The translations under genes were made by a program, and so were the position numbers. This document shows, piece by piece, positions 49,873-61,462 of a stretch of 64,000 nucleotides of DNA; the stretch's first letter is position 1; every line of letters begins with the position of its first letter. This stretch comes from Verrucomicrobiota bacterium (lineage in GTDB: Bacteria > Verrucomicrobiota > Verrucomicrobiia > Opitutales > Intestinicryptomonadaceae). The DNA lies in the NCBI GenBank assembly GCA_023450935.1, contig JAEXGH010000023.1:436-64435 (forward strand), written 5' to 3'. The notes under the pieces are model-generated. The model was not told the DNA's origin and made no database searches. It saw nothing but the letters and a program-made list of their open reading frames with translations.

Positions 49873-50634
49873 ATGAAACTTTATTGCGTAGATATAGGTA
49901 ATACCAGAACCCATTGCGCCGTGGTAGAGTCGGCGGGTGGACAACTGCGCGTGCTTGATTCTGCCGACTATAAAAGCGGGGATTTTGTCGGGATTTTTGA
50001 GAAACAACGTCTTTTCGAAACGTCGGGGGCGTGCGCCATCAGTTGGTGCTCGGTCGTGCCAGCGTATTCGGCGGCGTTTAAGGCGGTGTCGGACCGAATT
50101 GACGCGTTCCAGTTGACGTGCAGAACTTCGCCAATGGAAATCGACATACGCGAGCCCGAGCAGCTCGGGCAGGACAGAATTGCCGACGCAGTCGGCGCGG
50201 GATATTTGCTGAGTCCGCCGTATATCGTGGTCGATATGGGCACGGCGGTTACCATTGATTTGGTCGATGCGCGCGGACGCTATGCGGGCGGGGCAATCGC
50301 TCCCGGAATGAACGCGTTTGCGTCGTATTTGGGCGAGCGCGCGGCGCAGTTGCCGTCGATAAATCTCGCCGACGCCGATTGTTCGCTTTGCATAGGGAAA
50401 GATACGGTGGAGGCGATGTATGTGGGGTGCGCAAAGGGCTTTTGCAAGCTTGTAGACGGCATTATCGCCGACATAGCCGACGAGTATTTCGGCGGGGAAA
50501 ATATCGCCCAAAAGACGATTTTCACGGGCGGAAGCGTTCGGTTGCTCCCTCAAAAGTGGCTCGGCGACAGGTTGGTGAATGCAAATTTGGCGCATTTAGG
50601 GCTTGCAATGGCGTTTATGAAAAACAGATTTTAA
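49873..50634 (+). CDS. coaX: Type III pantothenate kinase
   Basis: 'LYCVDIGNTRTHCAVV', 'VVDMGTAVTIDLV', 'GGAIAPG'. Confidence 0.85.
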   Translation: MKLYCVDIGNTRTHCAVVESAGGQLRVLDSADYKSGDFVGIFEKQRLFETSGACAISWCSVVPAYSAAFKAVSDRIDAFQLTCRTSPMEIDIREPEQLGQDRIADAVGAGYLLSPPYIVVDMGTAVTIDLVDARGRYAGGAIAPGMNAFASYLGERAAQLPSINLADADCSLCIGKDTVEAMYVGCAKGFCKLVDGIIADIADEYFGGENIAQKTIFTGGSVRLLPQKWLGDRLVNANLAHLGLAMAFMKNRF

Positions 50635-50638
50635 CGTT

Positions 50639-51826
50639 ATGAAAAAAATATTGATTTTGATTTCGGCGGTTTTTGCGGCGTCGCTTTTGGGCGCGGACGT
50701 CCAAAAAACGCCAGATTTGCTGAAAAACACGGAGTTGTTCGACAACGTAGAAATGTTCGAGGCGCGGAGTATTTATACCGACCAAAAAGCGAACACGCAG
50801 CTGCTTAAAAAATACGCGGCCGACCCAAAAGCCTTCAAGGATTCGCAGCTGTTCCCGATTGCAATCTGCCTGCTTACAACGCGCGATTTCCGCAGCGCAA
50901 TAGACGTTCTCGAGAAACTCGACAGGGCAAAGCCGAACAATGTAGCGGTGTTGCGCACGCTCGGCAGCGTCTATTTCCTCGCCCGCGACATGGACAAGGC
51001 GGTTGCGGTATATAAAAAGGCAGTGGATTTGGGCGACAAACCCTCGGTTGTATACTGTTGCAGCGCGTTGGCGATGTCGGGGAAAACGGCGGAAATAGGG
51101 AAGTATGTTCCGCAGCTTAAGGAGTTGGCCGCATCTAATTTGGAGGCGTTGAACTTGCTTGTATCCTACGCCATACGCGGCAAAGATGCTTCGGCGGAGG
51201 CGGCGGTAAAGGCAGCGCAGGAGAAAATGGACGCGCGCAAAGTTCTGAGGTCGGCAACGCCCGAAACAATGCGCCTTACAATGCGTCTTTATGCGGAAAA
51301 ACCGTCTTTGTGGACCGCGCGCGCGCTGGTTGTTCCCGCACGCGCCGCGGCTTTGTTCGAACAGTGGCCGCTTGCCCTTGACTGCTACGGAAAAGTGCTG
51401 GAACAAAATCCCGCCGATACGCTCGCGCTGCGCGGAATGGGGCTTGTAAACTACCGTCTCGGGGACGTCGGCGCAGCCGCCGAATCAATCAAGAAGGCGT
51501 TCGACAACGGCGACAAAGACGCGGCAATAGACGGCGTGGAGCTGTTTTTGCTCTCGAAATACAAATTCGTGTGGGATATGTTCGCGGATAAGTTCGACGT
51601 GTCGAAGGCTTCGCCCGATGTCCGCGCGGGGTTGCTTGAATACGCCTCGCAAAACGACGGCTGCGCCGATATGTTTTTCGACGCGCTTGAAGGCGACGGC
51701 GCGGATATCTTCTTTAAAAACACGCGGCTGCGCGATTTGGTTAGAAAAGCACTCGACAAATACGGTTCGGATTCGCGTTCGAAGGCGGTCGCCGAACGTT
51801 GGTATAAGACGGGCGCGCAGTTGTAG
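50639..51826 (+). CDS. Secreted TPR-repeat protein
   Basis: 395 aa with the signal peptide 'MKKILILISAVFAASLLGA'. TPR-like helical pairs ('AIDVLEKLDRAKPNNVAVLRTLGSVYFLARDMDKAVAVYKKAV'). Confidence 0.6.
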   Translation: MKKILILISAVFAASLLGADVQKTPDLLKNTELFDNVEMFEARSIYTDQKANTQLLKKYAADPKAFKDSQLFPIAICLLTTRDFRSAIDVLEKLDRAKPNNVAVLRTLGSVYFLARDMDKAVAVYKKAVDLGDKPSVVYCCSALAMSGKTAEIGKYVPQLKELAASNLEALNLLVSYAIRGKDASAEAAVKAAQEKMDARKVLRSATPETMRLTMRLYAEKPSLWTARALVVPARAAALFEQWPLALDCYGKVLEQNPADTLALRGMGLVNYRLGDVGAAAESIKKAFDNGDKDAAIDGVELFLLSKYKFVWDMFADKFDVSKASPDVRAGLLEYASQNDGCADMFFDALEGDGADIFFKNTRLRDLVRKALDKYGSDSRSKAVAERWYKTGAQL

Positions 51827-51827
51827 T

Positions 51828-52067
51828 ATGGCACAGAAGAAGAAAAAGGTTGACTACGCCGCTCTTTCGAGTCCGTTTATGCGCATTCCGCATATGAACG
51901 TGCGTGCGGCGCGCGCGCTTATGGACATCGGAATCCGCGAAGTTTACGAGCTGCGCGGGCGCGACCCGCAGTCGCTGCTTGCCGACTACGCGAAAATCAA
52001 GAAGCCCGACTCCGACTTCGCCGAAAAGTTCGCCGCGGCGGTCGATTTTGCCGACGCCCAGCAATAG
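51828..52067 (+). CDS. Helix-hairpin-helix domain protein (Cdd1 'pathogenicity locus'-like)
   Basis: 79 aa from the ATG at 51828. 'FMRIPHMNVRAARALMDIGIREVYELRGRDPQSLL'. Confidence 0.5.
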   Translation: MAQKKKKVDYAALSSPFMRIPHMNVRAARALMDIGIREVYELRGRDPQSLLADYAKIKKPDSDFAEKFAAAVDFADAQQ

Positions 52068-52092
52068 CGTGCCGATTGGTTCGGACACAAAA

Positions 52093-52122
52093 AACCGCCG
52101 TTTTGGGTTGCGGCGGTTTTTT
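52093..52122. terminator. Bidirectional terminator between convergent genes
   Basis: aaaaaaccgccg-ttttgggttg-cggcggtttttt. 8-bp stem (52093-52100 / 52111-52118) flanked by A- and T-runs. Confidence 0.75.
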
Positions 52123-52152
52123 CGATTCTGCGGGCGCATGTCGAATTTCGCG

Positions 52153-53586
52153 CTACGCCGTCCAAAAGAACACTGCGGCGGCTATGATTGTGGGCACGAG
52201 CGCGCCGAAGAACAGCAAAAGCGGCGAAATGGCGTCGTTGAAGAATTTTTTGATTATTGAAGCTCCCGCGAGGTTCGGGGCATTGGCAATCAACGTCAAG
52301 CCGCCGCCCGTAACCGCGCCCGCAACAATCATGTATTTCGCACTGTCGGAAAACGACGGCGCAAGCGTTGCAAGATACGTTATTGCGGCATTGTCGTTAA
52401 ACGAAGTCAACACTATGCTTCCCAAGAAAATTGAAGTGTCTCCAAGACTTCCGAGTGTCGGGGCAATCCACCACGCCTGAAAAGTGCCGTGGATAACAAG
52501 CGACGCCAGAAATATACACACAAGAAGCGGGCCCTCCACGCTGAACCTGTTTTGAAACGGCAGTGTTATCTTCATTAGTGCCAAGAACATAAAGAACAAA
52601 AATACAATCAGAATCGTGTAGTGCATAAGCAGAATGCTGCCAAGCAAAAAGCACAAGTGGCAAGCAACCAGCCAGTTGGGAGATTTTTCTTCGTCATTGG
52701 AATGCCCTTCGGCATCGCGTATTGCCTGCATTCGCTTGAATTCGTTTCTGAAAATCGTTCCGTAAAGCAGGATTGAAGCGGCAATTATAAGAGCCGACTT
52801 CCACGCAAAATGCGTGAACATAAATGTAAAATTCCAGTCCCACGGCTTCTTTACCATAAGCACGGGCGGAGCTGCGAACGGCGTGAGCGTTCCGCCTATT
52901 GAAATCGCCACAAGCAGCAATCCGAGTGTCGCGTATTTAAAACTTTTTGAGGGTTTGTAGCTGAAAAAGTGCTTTGCAAGCAGCACGGCGCAAATCGTGA
53001 TTGCCGCGGGTTCGGTTATTAACGAACCCATCAGCGAACCCACAAACAGTATGCACGTCCACCACGCAGCCACAGAGTGGCCTCCGAGCTTCGCCAAATG
53101 GGCGATTGAGTTCGAGGCGAAATTAACAATCGGGCGCGTCGCCGAAATGCTCATAATCACAAGCACGAAAACCGGTTCGGCAAAACGTTCGTCTTGATAC
53201 GCCATTTCGTGCAGAAAGTTCGTGAAGTTTTCCCAGCCGTAGTAGTATACATATCCCGCAAATAGCGGAATCAGCCAGATTGCAAACACTATCTCGACCT
53301 CGCTTAAAAAACGCAGAAAGCGGATTGCAACTTCGCGGAAATTGCTTGCGTGCTCCTTGTTGAATTTGATTCTGTTTGAAAGGTATAAAAATTCCGCGTA
53401 AAAGAATGCATGTATGATGGAGAGGAAAAATAACGACGACGCGAACACGTTGAACGGATTTGCTTTAGCCGCCTCTTCCAACGCCTTTATCAACGATTCT
53501 CCGCCGTCCTGATTTTGCGCTCCCAACGCCGCGTTCGCCGCGACAATCGCCGCAAGATATATGAATGCTTTCAGTGTTTTTCTCAT
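52153..53586 (-). CDS. Polytopic membrane protein, putative Na+/H+ antiporter family (DUF1504-like)
   Basis: 477 aa from the ATG at 53584-53586 with a signal-like N-terminus and more than 10 TM helices. 'SLITEPAAITICAVLL' and 'GGTLTPFAAPPVLMV' recall the DUF1504 family. AT-richer than its surroundings. Confidence 0.55.
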   Translation of the reverse strand: MRKTLKAFIYLAAIVAANAALGAQNQDGGESLIKALEEAAKANPFNVFASSLFFLSIIHAFFYAEFLYLSNRIKFNKEHASNFREVAIRFLRFLSEVEIVFAIWLIPLFAGYVYYYGWENFTNFLHEMAYQDERFAEPVFVLVIMSISATRPIVNFASNSIAHLAKLGGHSVAAWWTCILFVGSLMGSLITEPAAITICAVLLAKHFFSYKPSKSFKYATLGLLLVAISIGGTLTPFAAPPVLMVKKPWDWNFTFMFTHFAWKSALIIAASILLYGTIFRNEFKRMQAIRDAEGHSNDEEKSPNWLVACHLCFLLGSILLMHYTILIVFLFFMFLALMKITLPFQNRFSVEGPLLVCIFLASLVIHGTFQAWWIAPTLGSLGDTSIFLGSIVLTSFNDNAAITYLATLAPSFSDSAKYMIVAGAVTGGGLTLIANAPNLAGASIIKKFFNDAISPLLLFFGALVPTIIAAAVFFWTA

Positions 53587-54126
53587 CGCGTTTGTTGATT
53601 TAAAGCTTCTCTTTGTGTCAGTTTTGCATTTTTCATCAAGGAAAATCGGAAACAAAACGCGTTTTTATACAAAATTGGACATTTTTTTGCTTGAATTACA
53701 TTAAAAAGCGAATTTTTCAACAAAAAGCCAATTCTTCGCCTTAATCAATAAATTTGTTTTCAGCTGTCTATTTGGGGTAGTTTTGGGACTTATCCGAAAA
53801 TTGCAACGCGCACGTTTCTTTTCTTTCCGCTCATGAAAAATGCACGCTCAGGCTCGGGCAATTGCTCTAATAAAACGCGCGCAGGCAAAAATAAAAAGGG
53901 AAAGATATGAGCCGGCGCGCGGTGTGCGGCGGGCGGCGCGGTGTTCCAGTGGGACAGGCGTGTGGCGCGCAGAGTCAAAATGTCCCACTTTTCGGGCAAA
54001 AAATACGCTTTATCGGCGGACACAAAAGCCGATTTCTTTGTAATTATCTTATATGTAGCATGTAAATGACGAAATAGAAAAGTGGCATAGATATTGCTAA
54101 AGCAGAAAGCAAAAGGAATAAACATT

Positions 54127-56076
54127 ATGAGTAAGATATTAGGAATAGACTTGGGAACGACAAACTCCTGCATGGCCGTTATGGAAGGCGGCGAAAGCAC
54201 GGTTATCCCGAACAGGGAAGGCGCGAGAACAACTCCGTCGGTCGTTGCATTTACAAAAACGGGCGAAAGGCTCGTTGGTCAGGCGGCAAAACGTCAGGCT
54301 ATTACGAACCCCGGCAACACGATATTTTCGGCGAAACGCCTTATCGGCAGAAAATTCTCCGAAGTTCAGGATATCGCCAAAGAGTTGCCCTACAAGGTAG
54401 TGGAAGGCGCGAACGGCGCGGCAATGATTGAGTGCGAAGTAGGCGGCAAGACGGAAACGTTTTCTCCGCAGCAGATTTCGGCAATCGTTCTGCAGCAGCT
54501 CAAAGCCGACGCGGAAGCATATTTGGGCGAAAAAATCACCGAGGCGGTCATCACCGTTCCCGCGTATTTTAACGACTCCCAGCGTCAGGCAACAAAAGAC
54601 GCGGGCACAATCGCGGGCTTGGAGGTAAAGCGTATCATCAACGAACCTACCGCGGCCTCGCTCGCATACGGTTTGGACAAGAAAAACGACGAAACAATCG
54701 CCGTTTACGACTTGGGCGGCGGCACGTATGATATCTCCATTCTGGAAATCGGCGACGGCGTCTTCGAAGTCAAGGCCACTAACGGCGATACGCAGTTGGG
54801 CGGCGACAACTGGGATACCGCCATCATGAATTGGCTTATAGAAAACTTTAAGGCCGAGAACGGAATCGATCTGCGCAACGACAAAATGGCGTTGCAGCGT
54901 TTGAAGGAGGAGTCCGAAAAGGCGAAGATTGCCCTTTCTACGGCGCAGTCTACCGACATCAATCTGCCGTTTATCACGGCCGACGCAACCGGTCCCAAAC
55001 ACTTGAACGTGACGCTTACGAGGGCGAAACTCGAACAGCTCACCGAAGACCTCATCAACCGCACGGTAAAGCCTTTTGAAGACTGCCTGCGCGACGCGGG
55101 TCTGAAAAAGGGCGACATTGACGAACTTGTTCTCGTCGGCGGTATGACGCGTATGCCCAAAGTGGTCGAGTTGGCGGACCGCCTTTCCGGCAAGGAAGCC
55201 CACAAGGGCGTAAATCCCGACGAAGTCGTAGCTTGCGGCGCGGCAATTCAGGGCGGCGTGTTGCAGGGCGATGTCCGCGACGTTCTGTTGCTCGACGTAA
55301 CACCGCTTACGCTTTCAATCGAAACTGCGGGCGGCGTTTCAACCCCGATGATTGAGCGCAACACGACAATCCCGAAGATGCAGTCGCAGGTGTTCTCGAC
55401 ATACGCCGACAACCAGACGGCGGTTGACATTCACGTTCTGCAGGGCGAGCGTCCGATGGCAAAAGACAACAAGCTTATCGGCAACTTCCGCCTCGACGGT
55501 ATTGCCCCCGCTCCGAGAGGTCTTCCGCAGATTGAAGTTACGTTCGATATCGACGCAAACGGCATATTGAATGTGAGCGCGAAAGACAAAAGCTCGGGCA
55601 AGGAGCAGAAAATTACAATTACAAATTCCGGCGGTTTGAGCAAGGAAGAGGTTGAAAAACTCCGCAAGGAGGCCGAACTGCACGCAGCCGAAGACGCGCT
55701 CCGCAAGGAGACTGTCGAAGCCCGCAACGAGCTTGACAATATGGTCTACGGCGTTGAAAAGCAGATAAAGGAGGCCGGGGACAAGATTCCTGCCGACGCG
55801 AAATCTGCGCTTGAAGCGGAGATCGCCGAAAGCAAAAAAGTTCTCGACAAGCAGGATTCCTCGAAGGACGAATTGACTTCCGCCAAAGACAAACTCATGA
55901 AGGTTGTCGAGGCGAACGCCCAGAATTTGCAGGCGGCGGCGCAGGCAGCCGCAGGCGCGGCTCAGGCGGGCGCACAGTCCGCGGGCGGCGCGCAACAGTC
56001 GGCTTCGCCAAAGAACGGCAAAGACGGCTCGGTTGACGCCGACTTCGAAGTTGTAGACGACGACCCCAAGAAATAA
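54127..56076 (+). CDS. dnaK: Molecular chaperone DnaK (Hsp70)
   Basis: '[15 protein letters not shown]', '[21 protein letters not shown]', '[14 protein letters not shown]', 'LVGGMTRMP'. ATG at 54127. Confidence 0.98.
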   Translation: MSKILGIDLGTTNSCMAVMEGGESTVIPNREGARTTPSVVAFTKTGERLVGQAAKRQAITNPGNTIFSAKRLIGRKFSEVQDIAKELPYKVVEGANGAAMIECEVGGKTETFSPQQISAIVLQQLKADAEAYLGEKITEAVITVPAYFNDSQRQATKDAGTIAGLEVKRIINEPTAASLAYGLDKKNDETIAVYDLGGGTYDISILEIGDGVFEVKATNGDTQLGGDNWDTAIMNWLIENFKAENGIDLRNDKMALQRLKEESEKAKIALSTAQSTDINLPFITADATGPKHLNVTLTRAKLEQLTEDLINRTVKPFEDCLRDAGLKKGDIDELVLVGGMTRMPKVVELADRLSGKEAHKGVNPDEVVACGAAIQGGVLQGDVRDVLLLDVTPLTLSIETAGGVSTPMIERNTTIPKMQSQVFSTYADNQTAVDIHVLQGERPMAKDNKLIGNFRLDGIAPAPRGLPQIEVTFDIDANGILNVSAKDKSSGKEQKITITNSGGLSKEEVEKLRKEAELHAAEDALRKETVEARNELDNMVYGVEKQIKEAGDKIPADAKSALEAEIAESKKVLDKQDSSKDELTSAKDKLMKVVEANAQNLQAAAQAAAGAAQAGAQSAGGAQQSASPKNGKDGSVDADFEVVDDDPKK

Positions 56077-56087
56077 TCAATTTCGGT

Positions 56088-56122
56088 TTGGCGCGTTTTT
56101 GCCGCGCCAAGCCTTTTGCTTT
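56088..56122 (+). terminator. Terminator after dnaK
   Basis: 8-bp stem ttggcgcg / cgcgccaa (56088-56095 / 56103-56110), followed by the T-rich 'gccttttgcttt'. Confidence 0.6.
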
Positions 56123-56185
56123 CCCCGCGCAACCGCGGGCGGCAAACCTTTAACATAATCACAATAAACATAGAAAGACATAGTT

Positions 56186-56482
56186 ATGGCAAAACCAAAA
56201 ATCCAACCGTTGGGCGACAGAGTCCTGGTAAAACAAGCTGAAGAAAAAGAACAAATCAAGGGCGGAATCATAATTCCCGACGCCGCCAAAGAAAAGTCGC
56301 AGGAGGCTGAAGTAGTTGCAATAGGCAGCGGAAAGCTCGGCAGCGACGGCAAGCGCGTTGCGTTTGAAGTGAAAGTCGGCGACAGGGTTTTAATCTCCAA
56401 ATACGGCGGCACTGAAGTAACCGTCGGCGACGAAAAATACGTCCTCCTCCGCGAAGACGACATCGTTGCAATCTTGAAATAA
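56186..56482 (+). CDS. groES: Co-chaperonin GroES
   Basis: '[27 protein letters not shown]'. Confidence 0.96.
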   Translation: MAKPKIQPLGDRVLVKQAEEKEQIKGGIIIPDAAKEKSQEAEVVAIGSGKLGSDGKRVAFEVKVGDRVLISKYGGTEVTVGDEKYVLLREDDIVAILK

Positions 56483-58138
<1,656 letters not shown>

Positions 58139-58157
58139 TCGCCAATCCGAAAAATTT

Positions 58158-58189
58158 GGGACACCCTTTCGGGGTGTCCCTTTTTTTTT
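58158..58189 (+). terminator. Rho-independent terminator of groESL
   Basis: gggacaccc-tttcg-gggtgtccc followed by T9 (58181-58189). Confidence 0.9.
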
Positions 58190-58328
58190 GTGTCCCAATG
58201 CGGCACGGGCGGAGAACCGACTGATTTTTTGCTCCTTTTTGCGCCCGAATCTCAGGCAGAAGCGTTTGGAAGAACCGGCGGAATCTGCCGCGCCTGTGCG
58301 ACGCGCGCGTTGCAGCGAAAAACTACTT

Positions 58329-58514
58329 CTAATCGGACGGCGCGGGCGACCAGTATTGATTGACGCAGAAAATGAGGAGTTCGCCCCGGACTACAAGCGT
58401 TTGCCTTTTGGTGTCGAACCAGACTTCGCATTTATAGGTTTTGCCCGAATCGGGGTCGATTACCCTGCCTGAATAGCGCGCGGAATTGGTCAAGTTTTCT
58501 CGAATTATCCAAAT
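58329..58514 (-). pseudogene. C-terminal remnant of a DUF2147-family gene
   Basis: The minus-strand frame reads '(stop)IWIIRENLTNSARYSGRVIDPDSGKTYKCEVWFDTKRQTLVVRGELLIFCVNQYWSPAPSD(stop)'. 'G..IDP.sGKTYKC......L.VRG.......Q.W' is the conserved C-terminal half of DUF2147. There is no ATG, signal peptide or N-terminal half. The upstream space is occupied by the kef-like gene. Confidence 0.5.
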
Positions 58515-58562
58515 TTATTCTTGAAAAAAATTCCGAATTTTTATGCTTTTTTTCCAAGTTAT

Positions 58563-60890
58563 ATGGCGGAATCATCATCTTATGCACTGTTGGGCGATTT
58601 GGCGGTTATTATCGTTTCGGCGACCGTCTGCATGCGCCTGTTTTCGTTTCTCAAACTCCCGCAGTTGCTCGCGTTTATAGTGGTCGGCATTCTGCTTTCG
58701 CCAGTGTTCGGGGTAATCAAGGAAAAGGAGGCGATAACCGAACTCGGCGAATTGGGCGTTATGCTTATGATGTTCTTCGTGGGAATGGAGTTCGACTTGG
58801 AACGCCTCAAAAAAGTGTTCGCTCCGAGCGTGTTGGGCATAACGTTCCAGATTCTCGGAATGGGCGCGTTGGGTATTGCGATAGCCTCGCTTATGGGGCT
58901 TACGGGCATAGACGGCGTGTTTTTGGGCGGCGTTTTGGCGATGAGTTCCACAATAGTGATTGTGGAAATTTTCGCCCAGCGGCGCGACTTGAACAAGACA
59001 TACGCGCAGATTGCCATCGGCATTCTGATTATAGAAGACCTGTTCGCCGTGTTTTTGCTTGTTATCCTGTCGGGCTTGGCCGACGGCAAGCCCGACATCT
59101 ACAAGCTCGGTCAGTCCACGCTCGTGATGTCGGCGTTCGTGATGTCGATTTTCGTGATAGGCAAGCTCAGCGTCCCGCCGATGCTCAAAAAGCTGGCGTT
59201 TTCCAGAAACCCGCAGGAAATGATAATGTTCACTTTCTGCCTGATTTTGGGGCTGGGTTTTTTGGCGGTTGTTTCCGGGTTGTCGCTTGCGCTGGGGGCG
59301 TTCTTGGCGGGGTCGATTATTTCGGGAACGGTTTTGAGCGAGAAGGTCGAACAGTTCGTAACGCCGCTTAGGAACCTGTTTGTGGCGTTGTTTTTTGTGT
59401 CTGTGGGAACTATGATTGACCCGCGCCAGATTCTCGATTTGTGGCTGCCGATTATCGCCATTTCCGTTTCAGTAATCGTGCTGCAGACGTTGGCGTGTTT
59501 TGCGGGCATAGTTTTGGGCGGCGCGCGCTGCAAAGACGCGTATTTGGCGGCAATCAACAAGGCGCAGATAGGCGAATTCAGCTTTGTTGTGGCCGGGTTG
59601 GGGCTGTCGCTCGGGGTGATGGATTCCTCCATTATGACAATCGCAATGGGCGTGTCGTTTTTGACGGTGTTTGTAAACCCGTTTCTATCCAGCCATTCAG
59701 ACAAGGTTATAGCCTTTTTCGAAAAAATAGTGCCGTCGAGAATCAAAACGGCATTCGACATATACCACGACGGCTTTTGCGCCGTCGCCGAAACCGTGCA
59801 AAAAAGCCAAAATCTCAGGCTTGTACTTTCGCCGCTTGTCAAAATTTTGATATACTCGCTGCTGTTTTGCGCGCTGATGTTCGCCGCCCCGTATCTTAGC
59901 GGCGCAGTGGAAACGAACGCCTCTTTGGCGGAATATTCCAAGCCCATTATGCTTGCAATGTGGGCGGTTGTTGCTGTCGTGGCCCTGCCGATTATTGCCG
60001 GAATAATAATGAATTCGGAGGAGACAATTTCGCGCATTCTCGAAATTTCCACGCTCGGCGGTTCGATGAAGGCACACCACAAGGAGCGGCTGGTGCGCTT
60101 CATAAACGGGGTGTTCTCGTTCGCGATAATATTGACGTTTGCGGCAATCTACTTGGGCATAATTTCGTATTATCTGCCGCTGGGAGAATTGTCGTTGTTG
60201 GGCGCGTCGGTGTTTTTGGTTGCGGGGTTCTTCCTGCGGAAGTTCGTGATAAATATGAAGCAGTCGCTTGAGGGGAGGTTTTCGGGAGTGGTAAAACGCA
60301 ATCTCGAAAATGCAATGCACCACCGACGCGATATGATGCTTGCGCGCATAAAAAAGAACTACAAGTGGGCAATCGAAATTTCGGAAATCGAAATTTCTGA
60401 GCTTGCTGCCGCGGCGGGCAAAAGCGTCGGCGAATTGGGCTTGCGCGCCAAGACGGGTTCGGAAATAGTGGCAATACGCCGCGGCGCGTTCGTAATCTAC
60501 AATATATCTGCGCAGACGTTCATTTTCCCCGACGACGTTGTGGTTTTAAGCGGCACGCCCGATGCGAACGCCAAGGCGGAAAAAATACTTTCGGCCATGG
60601 AGCTTGATTTCGACGAAACCGTGCACGCTCTTTCCACAAACTACGAACTCAAGACTTTCGAAGTGCCGTCCGACTCGGCCCTTGCGGGACAGTCGCTCGG
60701 CGGCGCGGATTTGAACAGGAAATTCGGCGTGAAGATTTTGGCGATTTCCCGCGCGGGCGTCGATGTGCGCCCGTCGGCGGCGTTCACCTTTAAAGCCGAC
60801 GACAAAATGCTTGCAATGGGCGGTTCGGAAAAACTTTCCGACTTCGCCAACGATTTCTCTCTGCGCGAGGTTCAGGGCGAAGTTGCATAG
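58563..60890 (+). CDS. CPA2-family cation:proton antiporter with two C-terminal RCK_C (TrkA-C) domains
   Basis: 'LLGDLAVIIVSATVCMRLFSFLKLPQLLAFIVVGILLSP' is a Kef-type N-terminus. About 12 TM segments. Two 'G.S..EL.LR...G..I.AI.R' type RCK_C repeats near the C-terminus. ATG at 58563 (the ORF-track TTG is at 58521). Confidence 0.8.
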   Translation: MAESSSYALLGDLAVIIVSATVCMRLFSFLKLPQLLAFIVVGILLSPVFGVIKEKEAITELGELGVMLMMFFVGMEFDLERLKKVFAPSVLGITFQILGMGALGIAIASLMGLTGIDGVFLGGVLAMSSTIVIVEIFAQRRDLNKTYAQIAIGILIIEDLFAVFLLVILSGLADGKPDIYKLGQSTLVMSAFVMSIFVIGKLSVPPMLKKLAFSRNPQEMIMFTFCLILGLGFLAVVSGLSLALGAFLAGSIISGTVLSEKVEQFVTPLRNLFVALFFVSVGTMIDPRQILDLWLPIIAISVSVIVLQTLACFAGIVLGGARCKDAYLAAINKAQIGEFSFVVAGLGLSLGVMDSSIMTIAMGVSFLTVFVNPFLSSHSDKVIAFFEKIVPSRIKTAFDIYHDGFCAVAETVQKSQNLRLVLSPLVKILIYSLLFCALMFAAPYLSGAVETNASLAEYSKPIMLAMWAVVAVVALPIIAGIIMNSEETISRILEISTLGGSMKAHHKERLVRFINGVFSFAIILTFAAIYLGIISYYLPLGELSLLGASVFLVAGFFLRKFVINMKQSLEGRFSGVVKRNLENAMHHRRDMMLARIKKNYKWAIEISEIEISELAAAAGKSVGELGLRAKTGSEIVAIRRGAFVIYNISAQTFIFPDDVVVLSGTPDANAKAEKILSAMELDFDETVHALSTNYELKTFEVPSDSALAGQSLGGADLNRKFGVKILAISRAGVDVRPSAAFTFKADDKMLAMGGSEKLSDFANDFSLREVQGEVA

Positions 60891-60934
60891 CGTTTTTTGT
60901 TGAAAAAACAGCCTCCAATCCCGATACTGATTTT

Positions 60935-61462
60935 ATGACACTTGAAGAACGTTTGGAAAAATATCTGGGCAAAAAGCCCGAAATCGACAACAGCGCATAT
61001 GTGAGTAAACACGCCGTTCTCATCGGCGATGTCCGCATAGCAAAGAACGCCAGCGTTTGGCCGGGGTGCGTCTTGCGCGCCGACATCAACACAATCGAAT
61101 TGGGCGAAAACTCCAACCTGCAGGACGGCACAATGGTTCACCTTGCCGACGACGCGGGCGTGAAAATCGGCAAAAACGTCACCGTAGGCCACGGGGCGAT
61201 TTTGCACGCGTGCGAAGTCAAGGACGGCTGCCTTATCGGAATGGGCGCGATTGTCCTCGACAAGGCTGTCATAGGCGAAGGTTCGATAGTCGGCGCGGGC
61301 GCGCTGGTTACAAAGAACACTGTCGTTCCCGCGGGTTCGCTCGTGCTGGGTTCGCCCGCAAAAGTAGTAAAACAGCTTGACGCCGCGACAATCGAAGGGC
61401 TGGCGCACTGGTCGGAAAAATACGTCAAACTTGCGCAGGCAAACAAGAAAGCCGAACAATAA
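60935..61462 (+). CDS. Gamma-carbonic-anhydrase-like hexapeptide-repeat protein (YrdA/PaaY family)
   Basis: 'VWPGCVLRADINTIELGENSNLQDGTMVH' and 'VTVGHGAILHAC'. Confidence 0.8.
   Translation: MTLEERLEKYLGKKPEIDNSAYVSKHAVLIGDVRIAKNASVWPGCVLRADINTIELGENSNLQDGTMVHLADDAGVKIGKNVTVGHGAILHACEVKDGCLIGMGAIVLDKAVIGEGSIVGAGALVTKNTVVPAGSLVLGSPAKVVKQLDAATIEGLAHWSEKYVKLAQANKKAEQ

Noticed and set aside
53907-54065. A 52-codon ORF with an SD-like AAGGGAAAG upstream of dnaK
   Set aside because: Its composition (MSRRAVCGGRRGVPVGQACG...) looks like translated GC-rich non-coding DNA. It has no recognisable family, so it is kept only as a note under the dnaK leader finding.
53587-56185. CIRCE (HrcA) operators or a sigma-32 promoter in front of dnaK and groES
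   Set aside because: There is no TTAGCACTC-N9-GAGTGCTAA-like inverted repeat and no convincing CTTGAAA-N13-15-CCCCAT pair. A single 'cttgaa' at about 53689 has no matching -10 element.
58188-58472. A 94-aa plus-strand ORF after groEL
   Set aside because: It starts inside the T-run of the groEL terminator, is Arg-rich, and is antisense to the DUF2147-like relic, which has much better protein-like character.
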